Virus record (IMG/VR): IMGVR_UViG_3300045988_046223
Coordinates: 1 to 40,142 of that record
Direction: 5' to 3' (one strand)
Source: a virus
Length of the DNA: 40,142 nucleotides
The position numbers and the translations under genes are program-made. Positions 24,193 through 33,089 of this stretch are shown here, piece by piece; the stretch's first letter is position 1; each line of letters begins with the position of its first letter. The notes beneath the pieces are model-generated. The model was not told the DNA's origin. It did no database searches and saw only the letters and a program-made list of their open reading frames with translations.

Positions 24193-24771
24193 ATGGGTAA
24201 ATTTACCGTTATTCCGCAGGAAACTTTTAATGGCTTGCAGATGGACGCTGGTGTTCTGCTGAAAAAATTCACACCGACCTCGCCCGCTGCACCTGATGAT
24301 GCAGATATTATCTGCGCTACCACTGGCGGCATTAATGCCACTTGTGTGCCCACTTACAGTGATCTTGGTGAAGATATCGACAACTGCCCGAACAACATGA
24401 AGGAGCTGAAGCATCTGGATAGTTGGGAGTGCAAGATGTCCTTTACCAGCCTGGGCATGGATGCAAACGCTATTAAGCTGGCATTGGGCGCGGCTGACAT
24501 TACCAGCACCGCTGCAAGCAAAAATGACGTTGTTACACCTAGCCGAGACCTGAAGCAGAGCGATTTTACTGATCTTTGGTGGGTCGGTGACCGCGCAGAT
24601 GGTGGCTGTGTGGCAATCCAGATAAAAAATGCACTGTCTACTGGCGGTTTTAGCTTGCAGACAACCAAAAATGGAAAGGGCCAGTTGTCTGTTGAGTTGA
24701 CTGGCCATGTCTCTATTGAAAATCAGGATACTATGCCGATGGTATTTTACAGCTTGGATGCGGAGGAATAA
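24193..24771 (+). CDS. Major tail protein
   Basis: 192 aa, immediately upstream of the chaperone pair and tape measure gene. Confidence 0.75.
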   Translation: MGKFTVIPQETFNGLQMDAGVLLKKFTPTSPAAPDDADIICATTGGINATCVPTYSDLGEDIDNCPNNMKELKHLDSWECKMSFTSLGMDANAIKLALGAADITSTAASKNDVVTPSRDLKQSDFTDLWWVGDRADGGCVAIQIKNALSTGGFSLQTTKNGKGQLSVELTGHVSIENQDTMPMVFYSLDAEE

Positions 24772-24774
24772 AAA

Positions 24775-25146
24775 ATGCGACTGCTTTCTCAGATGACTAC
24801 CGACGAGACATGCGATGTTTTGTGCATCGCCGCCCCTCATATCCAGAATATGGCCGACGATAAAAACCTAATTGCAGAAGTTCAACGCAAGCTTCCCAAA
24901 GGGGAACATACGCAGATTGAAGTCTATAGGTTCGGCCTTACGCGAGTTGTGAATCTTGTTCCTATCTTCTTGAAAGACCACAGAGAAGACGTATATGCGA
25001 TTCTTTCTCTGTTTAACGGCCTCACCCCAGAAGAATGCGGAAAGCAGGGGCTCTTAAGCACGTTGGCGCAGATTAACGAGCTTGTGAAAGACGAGGACTT
25101 CGTGAATTTTTTCAAACAATCTTTCGGTACGGCGCAGAAAGCGTAA
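24775..25146 (+). CDS. Tail assembly chaperone (gpG-like)
   Basis: 123 aa. It lies between the major tail and tape measure genes and has a slippery site near its 3' end. Confidence 0.8.
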   Translation: MRLLSQMTTDETCDVLCIAAPHIQNMADDKNLIAEVQRKLPKGEHTQIEVYRFGLTRVVNLVPIFLKDHREDVYAILSLFNGLTPEECGKQGLLSTLAQINELVKDEDFVNFFKQSFGTAQKA

Positions 25147-25421
25147 TAGTCGCAATCTTAAGCATGCCGAAACTGAGCGCCCGTGCGTTTATGTCGGCAC
25201 TGCCATACCGAATCAAAGAAAAAACGGATGAAGTGGCATATCGTGTTTATATGTCTGATGTACTTATCACGATTGCAAAAAACATGATAAAAACAAAAAG
25301 CGAGCCGAAAAGGTACTGGGATATAATCAACCCGCCACCAGAAGAAACACGAACAGCGGATGAAATCAAAGAATACATGAAGAACAAGCTGAGAAAACTG
25401 GAAGAGCCGCCCCAAAAATAG
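24775..25421 (+). CDS. Tail assembly chaperone G-T fusion made by -1 programmed frameshift
   Basis: A -1 slip at TTTTTTC (25107-25113) gives a frame that stays open into ORF 25164-25421. No stop occurs between 25113 and 25164. Confidence 0.65.
25107..25113 (+). promoter_or_regulatory. -1 ribosomal frameshift slippery heptamer
   Basis: T TTT TTC in the X XXY YYZ register of the gpG frame. A weak CTTTC/GAAAG hairpin starts 7 nt downstream. Confidence 0.6.
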
Positions 25422-25429
25422 GGCGGCTC
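25404..25429. terminator. Bidirectional hairpin terminator between convergent genes
   Basis: GAGCCGCCC caaaaata GGGCGGCTC (9-bp perfect stem) followed by ATTTT. Confidence 0.65.
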
Positions 25430-25432
25430 ATT

Positions 25433-25807
25433 TTAGAAGCAGTTTGTCATAATGGCTTTGTAGATTTTATCGTCTACCTCGATTAAAAAGCGTTTACCAC
25501 TTGCAACCCACTGTGGGTCTTCTTTCAGCTGAATTGCAATCTGATAAATGCCTTTTTGTTTTGCGGTGACTGCGCCAGCCACGAGACCAGCAGGCCCAAG
25601 AATGGCACCGCCAACAAGCCCGCGCATCACACCAGAAGACATAGACTTCTTCTGAGATTCATCCATAACAGAATAATCCGCAACGGTGCTTCTGTCTAAT
25701 GTGATTGCGGGCATCAATCCCATGTCGAGTTGAACCCGACCAAAAGAAAGATTGACCTTTTTCCCTACGTAATCTCCTGCGATAACTGCATTTTTAGCTT
25801 TTGCCAT
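25433..25807 (-). CDS. Reverse-strand small protein with glycine-zipper hydrophobic segment (moron)
   Basis: 124 aa from ATG 25807 after an AGGAGGTG SD. Hydrophobic segment: GVMRGLVGGAILGPAGLVAGAV. It is the only minus-strand gene in the structural region. Confidence 0.75.
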   Translation of the reverse strand: MAKAKNAVIAGDYVGKKVNLSFGRVQLDMGLMPAITLDRSTVADYSVMDESQKKSMSSGVMRGLVGGAILGPAGLVAGAVTAKQKGIYQIAIQLKEDPQWVASGKRFLIEVDDKIYKAIMTNCF

Positions 25808-25875
25808 AGCAAAACACCTCCTAAAGCTAGGATACAGCATGGCTAACAAAAAATCAACAAGAAAGGAGTGAAAAG

Positions 25876-28470
25876 TTGGACGTATTTAATCTAAACGCAA
25901 AATTAAGTCTTGATACAGATGATTATGAGCGGCAGTTAAACGATGCAAGCGGCAAAACAACATCTTTTTGGGACGTATTCAGCGGAACGTTTCTTGGAAA
26001 CGCAGTTTTTGATGGTCTGAAAGCTGTGGGCAGCACGATTGTATCTGTTGGCAAATCGGCAGCAGGTGCAGCTCTCGATATTGGCAAAGCATCCCTGAGC
26101 AGTTACGCAGACTATGAGCAGCTTGTCGGTGGCGTAGAAACCTTGTACAAGGACAGCGCAGGTATTATTGAGGGCTATGCAAAGGACGCGTACAAGAACG
26201 TTGGCCTGTCTGCAAACGAGTACATGGAGACATCAACATCGTTTGCTGCGGCTCTGGTTTCAAGTTTGGGCGGCGATACACAAAAAGCCGCTGAAATGGC
26301 GAATACTGCAATTTCGGATATGTCCGATAATGCGAACAAGATGGGCACCAATATTTCTTCCATCCAAGACGCATATAACGGCTTTGCGAAGCAGAACTAC
26401 ACCATGCTTGACAACCTAAAGCTCGGCTATGGTGGCACGCAAGCTGAAATGAAGCGGTTGATAAAAGAAGCCGCTGCCATGAAGGACACGCAAGCAGAAC
26501 TTGGCGTGACGGTTGATGCAACCAGTATGTCTTATGCGAATATTGTACAGGCGATTCACGTCGTACAGGCAAACATGGACATTATGGGAACAACCAGCAA
26601 AGAAGCTGCAACTACCATCCAAGGAAGTACAGCTTCTATGAAGAGCGCCTGGGAAAATCTGCTTACAGGCATTGCAGACCCAGAACAGGATGTTCAGCAG
26701 CTAATCAATAATTTCGTAGACAGTCTTCTTACTGCTGCTCAAAACATTTTGCCGCGTATTCAAGAAATTGTCCCAACGCTGATCAACGCCATGACCGAGA
26801 TAGGTGCACAGTTGGCCCCTGTAGTCAGCACTGTTATCGAAGGCATGATGCCAACCGTCGTAGAAGGGATAGAGGCACTATTTAACGGCCTTGGATTTTT
26901 GGCAGACGAGTTACAGCCAATCATTGATGAATTATTTTCTTTTTTTGGTGATGCGATAGTAAATACGCTGACAAGCGCAATCGAAAATTCTGATTTTAGT
27001 GTAATTTTTGATATTTTCGATGAAGTCAAAGAGGCGGTCAACGAAGTAATCCCTGTTATAGAAGCCTTGGCTCCTTCCATTGGCGCGGTTGGCACTGCTA
27101 TTGCTGGATGGCAAATTGGAACGAAAATCCAAAAGATGGTAACTGCTTTCGACGAGGCTAAAGTTGCCGTATCTCTGTTCAGCATGGGGCTTTCTGATTC
27201 AGAAGTTGCACAGGGCGCTTTGGATGGCACGCTCAAAGGGTCGGAAGTTGTCGTTGGGCTGCTTACTGGAAAAATTGATTTGCTTTCTTTGGCGCAAGGC
27301 AAACTCAAGGCTGCGCAGGCTGCACTAAACGCCGTTATGTCAGCTAACCCGATTGCAATCGTAATAACGCTGATTGCGGCTTTGATTGGCGTGTTTGTCA
27401 CTCTGTACGCAACGAACGAAGATTTCAGAAATAAAGTCAACGAAATTTTTGAGTTCGTAAAGACCACTGTTGTTACATTCTTTACAGAGACCGTTCCAGA
27501 GGCGATTAACAGTGCGATAGAGTGGTTTCAACAGCTCCCCGATAAAATATCTGAGTTCATGACAAACGCCGTGCAGAGCGTCGCAGATTGGGCGACACAA
27601 ACAGCAGAGAATGCTCGTCAAGCTGGCAGCAATTTTATCAATGCTGTTGTAGAATTTTTCTCGCAACTCCCGTATAACTTAGGCGTATTTCTCGGCACGG
27701 CGCTTGCAAACATCGTAATTTGGGCGGTGGAAACGGCAGAGAATGCGCGGCAAGCTGGCTCCCAATTCTTGCAAAACGTAGTTGAGTTCTTTACGCAACT
27801 CCCCGGCAACGTTTTAACGTTCCTGTCTACCACGATCGAGAACGTCATTGCATGGGCTGGGCAAATGAAGTCCAACGCAATCGACGCGGCATCTACGTTC
27901 CTGAATAACGTAATTGAGTTTTTTACTCAGTTGCCCGGAAACATTGCAGAGTGGTTCACAAAAACGATTGAAAAAGTCGTAGAGTGGGCAGTTGAGCTAA
28001 AAAACAAAGGAACGCAAGCAGCAAAAGATTTGCTAGATGCTGTTGTTACGGGCCTTGCGGAATTACCCGGCAAAATCTTTGATTTAGGCGTGAACGCGGC
28101 AAAGAACTTGCTCGAGGGTATTAAGAGTATGGGCGGCTGGCTGAAAGAACAGGTCGGAAATTTCGTAGACGGCATTGTCTCCGGCTTTACCGGCACGGTG
28201 CAGACAAACGGCTCCCACGCAGGCGGTCTGGACTATGTTCCCTATAACAACTACGTTGCAAACCTGCATCGCGGCGAAATGGTGCTTACAAGCGCAGAGG
28301 CGACGGAATACCGCAAAGGCAACGCAAACGCGGCTGGCGGCATGACGTTCAACATCAATATTAACGGCATTCAGTTTGACGATGTAAATTCCATGGCACA
28401 CGCGCTGGCAAATCAGATTTCGTATGAGCTTCAGGCGCAAAGCAACAGAAAGGCGGCTGTATATGCTTAA
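25876..28470 (+). CDS. Tape measure protein
   Basis: 864 aa with a TTG start after an AAAGGAG SD. It contains internal repeats of about 43 aa (AENARQAGS.F...VVEFF.QLP). Confidence 0.92.
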   Translation: MDVFNLNAKLSLDTDDYERQLNDASGKTTSFWDVFSGTFLGNAVFDGLKAVGSTIVSVGKSAAGAALDIGKASLSSYADYEQLVGGVETLYKDSAGIIEGYAKDAYKNVGLSANEYMETSTSFAAALVSSLGGDTQKAAEMANTAISDMSDNANKMGTNISSIQDAYNGFAKQNYTMLDNLKLGYGGTQAEMKRLIKEAAAMKDTQAELGVTVDATSMSYANIVQAIHVVQANMDIMGTTSKEAATTIQGSTASMKSAWENLLTGIADPEQDVQQLINNFVDSLLTAAQNILPRIQEIVPTLINAMTEIGAQLAPVVSTVIEGMMPTVVEGIEALFNGLGFLADELQPIIDELFSFFGDAIVNTLTSAIENSDFSVIFDIFDEVKEAVNEVIPVIEALAPSIGAVGTAIAGWQIGTKIQKMVTAFDEAKVAVSLFSMGLSDSEVAQGALDGTLKGSEVVVGLLTGKIDLLSLAQGKLKAAQAALNAVMSANPIAIVITLIAALIGVFVTLYATNEDFRNKVNEIFEFVKTTVVTFFTETVPEAINSAIEWFQQLPDKISEFMTNAVQSVADWATQTAENARQAGSNFINAVVEFFSQLPYNLGVFLGTALANIVIWAVETAENARQAGSQFLQNVVEFFTQLPGNVLTFLSTTIENVIAWAGQMKSNAIDAASTFLNNVIEFFTQLPGNIAEWFTKTIEKVVEWAVELKNKGTQAAKDLLDAVVTGLAELPGKIFDLGVNAAKNLLEGIKSMGGWLKEQVGNFVDGIVSGFTGTVQTNGSHAGGLDYVPYNNYVANLHRGEMVLTSAEATEYRKGNANAAGGMTFNININGIQFDDVNSMAHALANQISYELQAQSNRKAAVYA

Positions 28471-29176
28471 TGGATTTTGGCTTGACGGTGTATGCAGCCT
28501 CGATGTTGGAATTAGGCTGCAAAATGCAATTACTTTTGGGAAACCGACGCCAAGAGTAACCGCCACGACCATTTCTGGACGCAGTGGAGACCTGACAGAA
28601 TGGGATGGAAGCTACTCAAATATTAGCGCCACAGCAAAATGTTTTGCGCTGACTGGCGCTGATGTAAGCGACACTTTACCAACGATTGCGGCTTTTCTGC
28701 GTGGAACTACTTTTAGCTATCGCAGGCTTGAAACAGAGGAAGAACCAAATGTGTACAGAATGGCGCGGGTGGTTAATTTCCCGGAAACTGATATCCGGGC
28801 AAACCACCTTGCGCCATTTACAATTTCGTTAGATTGCAAACCACAGAAATACTTAAAAGACGGCGAAAATACTGTTGAAGTCAAAAGCGGTGATTCTCTG
28901 TATAATCCAACTGTATTCCCTTCCCTGCCGCTTATCGCACTAACCGTTACTGACGATGCCAAATTACAAGTTGGTGGCACACAAATAAGTATTACAGGTT
29001 ACACCGGGCCTATGTACCTAGATTGTGAAATGATGGACGCTTACAGAGAATCTACAAACTTAAATAAATATGTAACTGCGCCTGAATTTCCTGCTTTGGG
29101 GGCAGGAGCTACACAAATTAGTTGGAGTGGCGGCATTAGCAAGTGCGAAATCACACCTAGATGGTGGACGTTGTAG
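28463..29176 (+). CDS. Distal tail protein (Dit)
   Basis: 237 aa. It overlaps the tape measure stop. N-terminus: MLNGFWLDGVCSLDVGIRL. Confidence 0.8.
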   Translation: MLNGFWLDGVCSLDVGIRLQNAITFGKPTPRVTATTISGRSGDLTEWDGSYSNISATAKCFALTGADVSDTLPTIAAFLRGTTFSYRRLETEEEPNVYRMARVVNFPETDIRANHLAPFTISLDCKPQKYLKDGENTVEVKSGDSLYNPTVFPSLPLIALTVTDDAKLQVGGTQISITGYTGPMYLDCEMMDAYRESTNLNKYVTAPEFPALGAGATQISWSGGISKCEITPRWWTL

Positions 29177-29188
29177 GAGGTGTAAATC

Positions 29189-31051
29189 ATTAGTTATCCG
29201 AGATATTACGACGGCACGACCGGCTTGCAGGGCAACGGCGTGGGGGTGCTGCGGGATGCTGTGCGCTGCACCGTGACCGAAGAGCGAAACGGCGCGTTTG
29301 AACTGGAAATGGTCTATCCCATTACTGGGCAGCATTACAGCAGCTTGGCGCTGCGCGGGCTGATTCTGGCAAAGCCAAACCCCTACGGCGAGGCACAGTA
29401 TTTCCGCATTTATAAAATCAGCCGCCCCATCAATGGACAGGTGACGGTCAACGCGCAGCACATCAGCTACGATTTGAGCGGCATTCCGGTGGGGCCTTGT
29501 AAGGCGTTGAACGCAGTCGACGCCTTGCAGCAGCTCAAAAGCCATGCGGCGGTAAGTTGTGATTACTCATTCTGGACAGACATTCAGACGGTGGCAGACT
29601 TTGCCGTGGCTGTGCCCAGCAGTCTGCGCAGCCTGCTGGGCGGCGTGGAGGGCAGCGTGCTGGACGTCTATGGAGGCGAGTATGAGTGGGACAACACCAC
29701 CGTCAAGCTGCACAGCCAGCGCGGCACCGACCGCGGCGTGACGATCCGCTACGGAAAGAACCTGACAGACCTGACCCAGGAGGAAAGCTGCGCCGAAGTC
29801 TACACCGGCGTTTATCCCTACTGGGTGGACAGTGATGGCAACGTGACCCAGATCACCGGCAGCCCGGTTGTCAACGTGCCGGACGGCCAGTATGACTTTG
29901 TGCGGGTGCTGACGCTGGACGTGAGTCAGGACATAAAAGAGCAGCCCACCGCCGCCCAGCTGCGGCAGGCCGCGCTGGATTATATCAGCGCCAACAAGGT
30001 AGGCGTGCCGAAGGTGAGCCTGACATTGAGCTTTGCCCAGCTGGAACAGACCGCCGAATACGCCGACATGGCCCTGCTGGAGCGGGTATGTCTGTGTGAT
30101 ACCGTTCATGTGCAGTTTGCAAAGCTGGGCGTGAGCGCGGATGCCCGGTGCATCAAAACGGTCTATGACGTGCTGCTGGAGCGGTACGACAGCGTAGAGC
30201 TGGGCGACGCCCGCAGCAGCCTGGCCAACACCGTGGCCGACATGGGCAAAACCGTACAGAGCACCGTAAACAAGACGCGCAGCGACCTGGAGCGGGCCAT
30301 TGACCGCGCCACACAGCTTATCACCGGCAACCTGGGCGGCTATGTGGTGCTGCACAGCTCCACCGGCGCGGATGAGCCGGACGAAATCCTTGTGATGGAC
30401 AAGCCGGAAATCGCCAAGGCCACAAAGGTCTGGCGGTGGAATCTGGCCGGTTGGGGGTACAGCAGCAGAGGCTATGGCGGGCCGTACCGACTGGCCGCCA
30501 CGATGGACGGTGCAATCAACGCCGATTTCATCACGACCGGCAGTTTGAGCGCCAACCTCATTAAAGCCGGGACGATGAGCGCAAATCTTATCCGGGGCGG
30601 CGTGCTGCAATCCACCAACGGAAAGTTCGTGTCCAATTTGGACACGGGAGTCACTACTTTTAACGGCGGGCTGGTGGTGAACAGCGACAATTTCAACATC
30701 GGCTCGGACGGATCGGTGGATATCACCGGTAAATTCACTTCGACGGTGTCGGAGAGCAAGTGCGTCATAGACGACGCAAAAATTGAAATGTACCGAAAAA
30801 CCAATGACGGCAACTGGCACATGGGCGCTTTCATGTCCACGTGGGGGTCGAACAATGCCGTTGGCCGACTGGTGCTGTACGGCCCTGCGGCCAGCAACAC
30901 CAACGATATGATTGCCAACGTCACGATGGCTGGACAGTATTCCGGCGGCGCTATCGCGATAAGCGACGCGAAAGGCAACGTGAAGGTGCAGCTGGGCGTG
31001 GACGGCGCGGGCGACGGCTATGTGTTGGTCAACGGCAGAATGATACAGTGA
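29189..31051 (+). CDS. Tail-associated lysin-like / prophage tail endopeptidase-family protein (Tal)
   Basis: The N-terminus ISYPRYYDGTTGLQGNGVGVLRDAVRCTVTEERNGAFELEMVYP matches typical Tal N-termini. The apparent start is ATT, 6 nt after AGGAGGTG. The first canonical start, TTG 29225, has no SD. Confidence 0.85.
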   Translation: MSYPRYYDGTTGLQGNGVGVLRDAVRCTVTEERNGAFELEMVYPITGQHYSSLALRGLILAKPNPYGEAQYFRIYKISRPINGQVTVNAQHISYDLSGIPVGPCKALNAVDALQQLKSHAAVSCDYSFWTDIQTVADFAVAVPSSLRSLLGGVEGSVLDVYGGEYEWDNTTVKLHSQRGTDRGVTIRYGKNLTDLTQEESCAEVYTGVYPYWVDSDGNVTQITGSPVVNVPDGQYDFVRVLTLDVSQDIKEQPTAAQLRQAALDYISANKVGVPKVSLTLSFAQLEQTAEYADMALLERVCLCDTVHVQFAKLGVSADARCIKTVYDVLLERYDSVELGDARSSLANTVADMGKTVQSTVNKTRSDLERAIDRATQLITGNLGGYVVLHSSTGADEPDEILVMDKPEIAKATKVWRWNLAGWGYSSRGYGGPYRLAATMDGAINADFITTGSLSANLIKAGTMSANLIRGGVLQSTNGKFVSNLDTGVTTFNGGLVVNSDNFNIGSDGSVDITGKFTSTVSESKCVIDDAKIEMYRKTNDGNWHMGAFMSTWGSNNAVGRLVLYGPAASNTNDMIANVTMAGQYSGGAIAISDAKGNVKVQLGVDGAGDGYVLVNGRMIQ

Positions 31052-31062
31052 GGTGGTTTTAA

Positions 31063-32214
31063 ATGGCGGCAGCCAATTACAGCCCGCCCACAGCAGCGCT
31101 TATCAAGGCGACGCGGGCGGATTTTGACCGGCGTGACGTTGTGCAGCCGGTACATCTGGTACAGTACGACGATACGCTCCCGGTGCTGGCCGTGGCCCTG
31201 TACAAGGGCGGGCAGCCCTGGACACTGCCAACCGGCGCGGATGTCAACCTGCGGATGGATAAAAAAGACGGCCACTATGTCTACAACCCGGCGCTGGGCG
31301 TGAGCAGCGACCGCGCCACGGTCTATTTGGCCGTGACGGCCCAGATGACGACCGGCTACGGCACGTTTGCCCCGGTGGTAGAGGTGCTGGCGGGCGGTGG
31401 TGTGGCCGGTATGGCCGCCCTGCGGCTGGAAATTGACCGGAACCCGGTGCAGGATGGAATGCTCGAAAGCACTGACGAATACAAGACCGTGCAGGCGCTG
31501 GCCGCTGAGGTGGCTGCCAACGCCAAAATCGTGCGGGATAATGAAGCGGGCATCCAGGACGTGCACGAAAACATCGAGGCCATCAAGGCCGCGCCTGCCA
31601 ACGCCACGGCCGCTGCGGCCAGTGCGAAAGAGGCCCGCAGCTGGGCGGTGGGAGATACAGCATCCCGCCCCGGCGAGGGCATGGACAACGCCAAATACTA
31701 CGCTGCGCTTGCCCAGCAAGTCAGCCAGGGCGCGGTTGGGTGGTATCCCAACTACGAGGCGCTGTACGCGGCCCACGATACTGGTTATGATGGCAACTGG
31801 GCGATTGTGGGAGATACCGATACTATCTGGGTTTGGGACAGCAATACCGGGGTTTGGAAGGACACCGGCGAGAGCAGCAAGTTTGCGAATTACTACGACA
31901 AGACCCAAATCGACGCCATGCTGGCCGCTATGAAATCGAAGTTGAAGACCGTAACGGTGGCGGCATCAGCCTGGACAACCGGCGATTATACCGTGGCATG
32001 GGACGATGGAACCAGCACGAGTTATACGCAGTGCGCCACTGTCACAGTTTCCGGGGTGACGGCAGACAGCCATATCGTCGTATCTGACCGCACGAGAGTT
32101 ACGGATGCGGTGCGTATTGTAGCCGCGCTGGAACCCGGCGCGGGGGTTGTTAAGTTTTATGCGAACAGTGCGCCAAGCGCTGCGGCGGTGTTTGTGGTGG
32201 AGGTGAGCCAGTAA
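31063..32214 (+). CDS. BppU-like baseplate upper protein / tail fibre
   Basis: 383 aa. The N-terminal region resembles BppU_N (DVVQPVHLVQYDDTLPVLAVALYKGG). A central A-rich coiled coil is present. Confidence 0.65.
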   Translation: MAAANYSPPTAALIKATRADFDRRDVVQPVHLVQYDDTLPVLAVALYKGGQPWTLPTGADVNLRMDKKDGHYVYNPALGVSSDRATVYLAVTAQMTTGYGTFAPVVEVLAGGGVAGMAALRLEIDRNPVQDGMLESTDEYKTVQALAAEVAANAKIVRDNEAGIQDVHENIEAIKAAPANATAAAASAKEARSWAVGDTASRPGEGMDNAKYYAALAQQVSQGAVGWYPNYEALYAAHDTGYDGNWAIVGDTDTIWVWDSNTGVWKDTGESSKFANYYDKTQIDAMLAAMKSKLKTVTVAASAWTTGDYTVAWDDGTSTSYTQCATVTVSGVTADSHIVVSDRTRVTDAVRIVAALEPGAGVVKFYANSAPSAAAVFVVEVSQ

Positions 32215-32978
32215 TGAGTGGGGCAACAAATAACCCGTACCTTGAAGCCGGTAGAGACGACCTGCTGCGAATCATGACGGCCCCCAACGCTGGGGCGCAT
32301 AACGCGGTTTACCGTGGCAAGGCGCTTGGCGGAGAGGCGACGGATGCGCAGTGGGCGGCGATTGCGGCGGGCACATTCGATGATTTGTACATAGGTGACT
32401 ACTGGACGATGGGCGGGGTCAACTACCGTCTTGGGGCGTTCGATTACTTCCTCAACAGTGGTAATGGTAACAAGATTTGTACAACACACCATGCGGTTAT
32501 TATTCCTGATACTTCTCTTTATCAAGCACAGATGAATACCAGTAATGTTACCACTGGTGGTTACACTGGTTCTGCCATGTATAAGTCGAATCTGGCGCAG
32601 GCTAAGACTATTATCAAGGCAGCGTTTGGTTCCGCTCATGTTCTTACAAAGAGAGAACTTCTGACCAATGCGGTAACTGGCAACACCCCTTCGGGTTGGG
32701 CATGGCTCGACTCTGATGTTGAGTTAATGAACGAAGTGCAGGTTTATGGTTCTGTGGCATGGGGCGCACATGATGGCAACGGTTTCAACGTTGCTTCTAG
32801 TGACGGTCAGTTCCCGCTCTTCATGTTTGATCGTACTAAGCTGCATAATCGAGAGGACTACTGGCTGAGAGATGTATCTTCCACTACTCACTTCGCCAGT
32901 GTCGACTACGACGGTTATGCGGACAGCCGCAGCGCTTCTCTCTCTCTTGGCGTTCGCCCGTTTTTCTGCATTTACTAA
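32214..32978 (+). CDS. Putative receptor-binding protein (mosaic)
   Basis: 254 aa with N-terminal MSGATNNPY. A GC-rich N-terminal part is joined to an AT-rich C-terminal part. Confidence 0.7.
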   Translation: MSGATNNPYLEAGRDDLLRIMTAPNAGAHNAVYRGKALGGEATDAQWAAIAAGTFDDLYIGDYWTMGGVNYRLGAFDYFLNSGNGNKICTTHHAVIIPDTSLYQAQMNTSNVTTGGYTGSAMYKSNLAQAKTIIKAAFGSAHVLTKRELLTNAVTGNTPSGWAWLDSDVELMNEVQVYGSVAWGAHDGNGFNVASSDGQFPLFMFDRTKLHNREDYWLRDVSSTTHFASVDYDGYADSRSASLSLGVRPFFCIY

Positions 32979-32990
32979 GGAGAAAAAATT

Positions 32991-33089
32991 ATGAATGCAA
33001 CAAATAATCCTTATGCTGTCACCCCCCCCACTGATACGACGCTGACGCAGGAAGGCGCGGCCGCTAATGCTAAGGGGGTGGCGGTATGA
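32991..33089 (+). CDS. 32-aa stub carrying the shared N-terminal fibre motif
   Basis: AAGGAGA SD. Sequence: MNATNNPYAVTPPTDTTLTQEGAAANAKGVAV. ATGA overlap with the next ORF. Confidence 0.45.
   Translation: MNATNNPYAVTPPTDTTLTQEGAAANAKGVAV

Noticed and set aside
33022-33029. A C8 homopolymer inside the 32-aa stub ORF, as a possible slipped-strand switch fusing the stub to the downstream RBP ORF.
   Set aside because: I checked both shifts. A +1 C insertion reads into TGA at 33032-34. A -1 deletion reads into TGA at 33043-45. Slippage would therefore not create a fusion.
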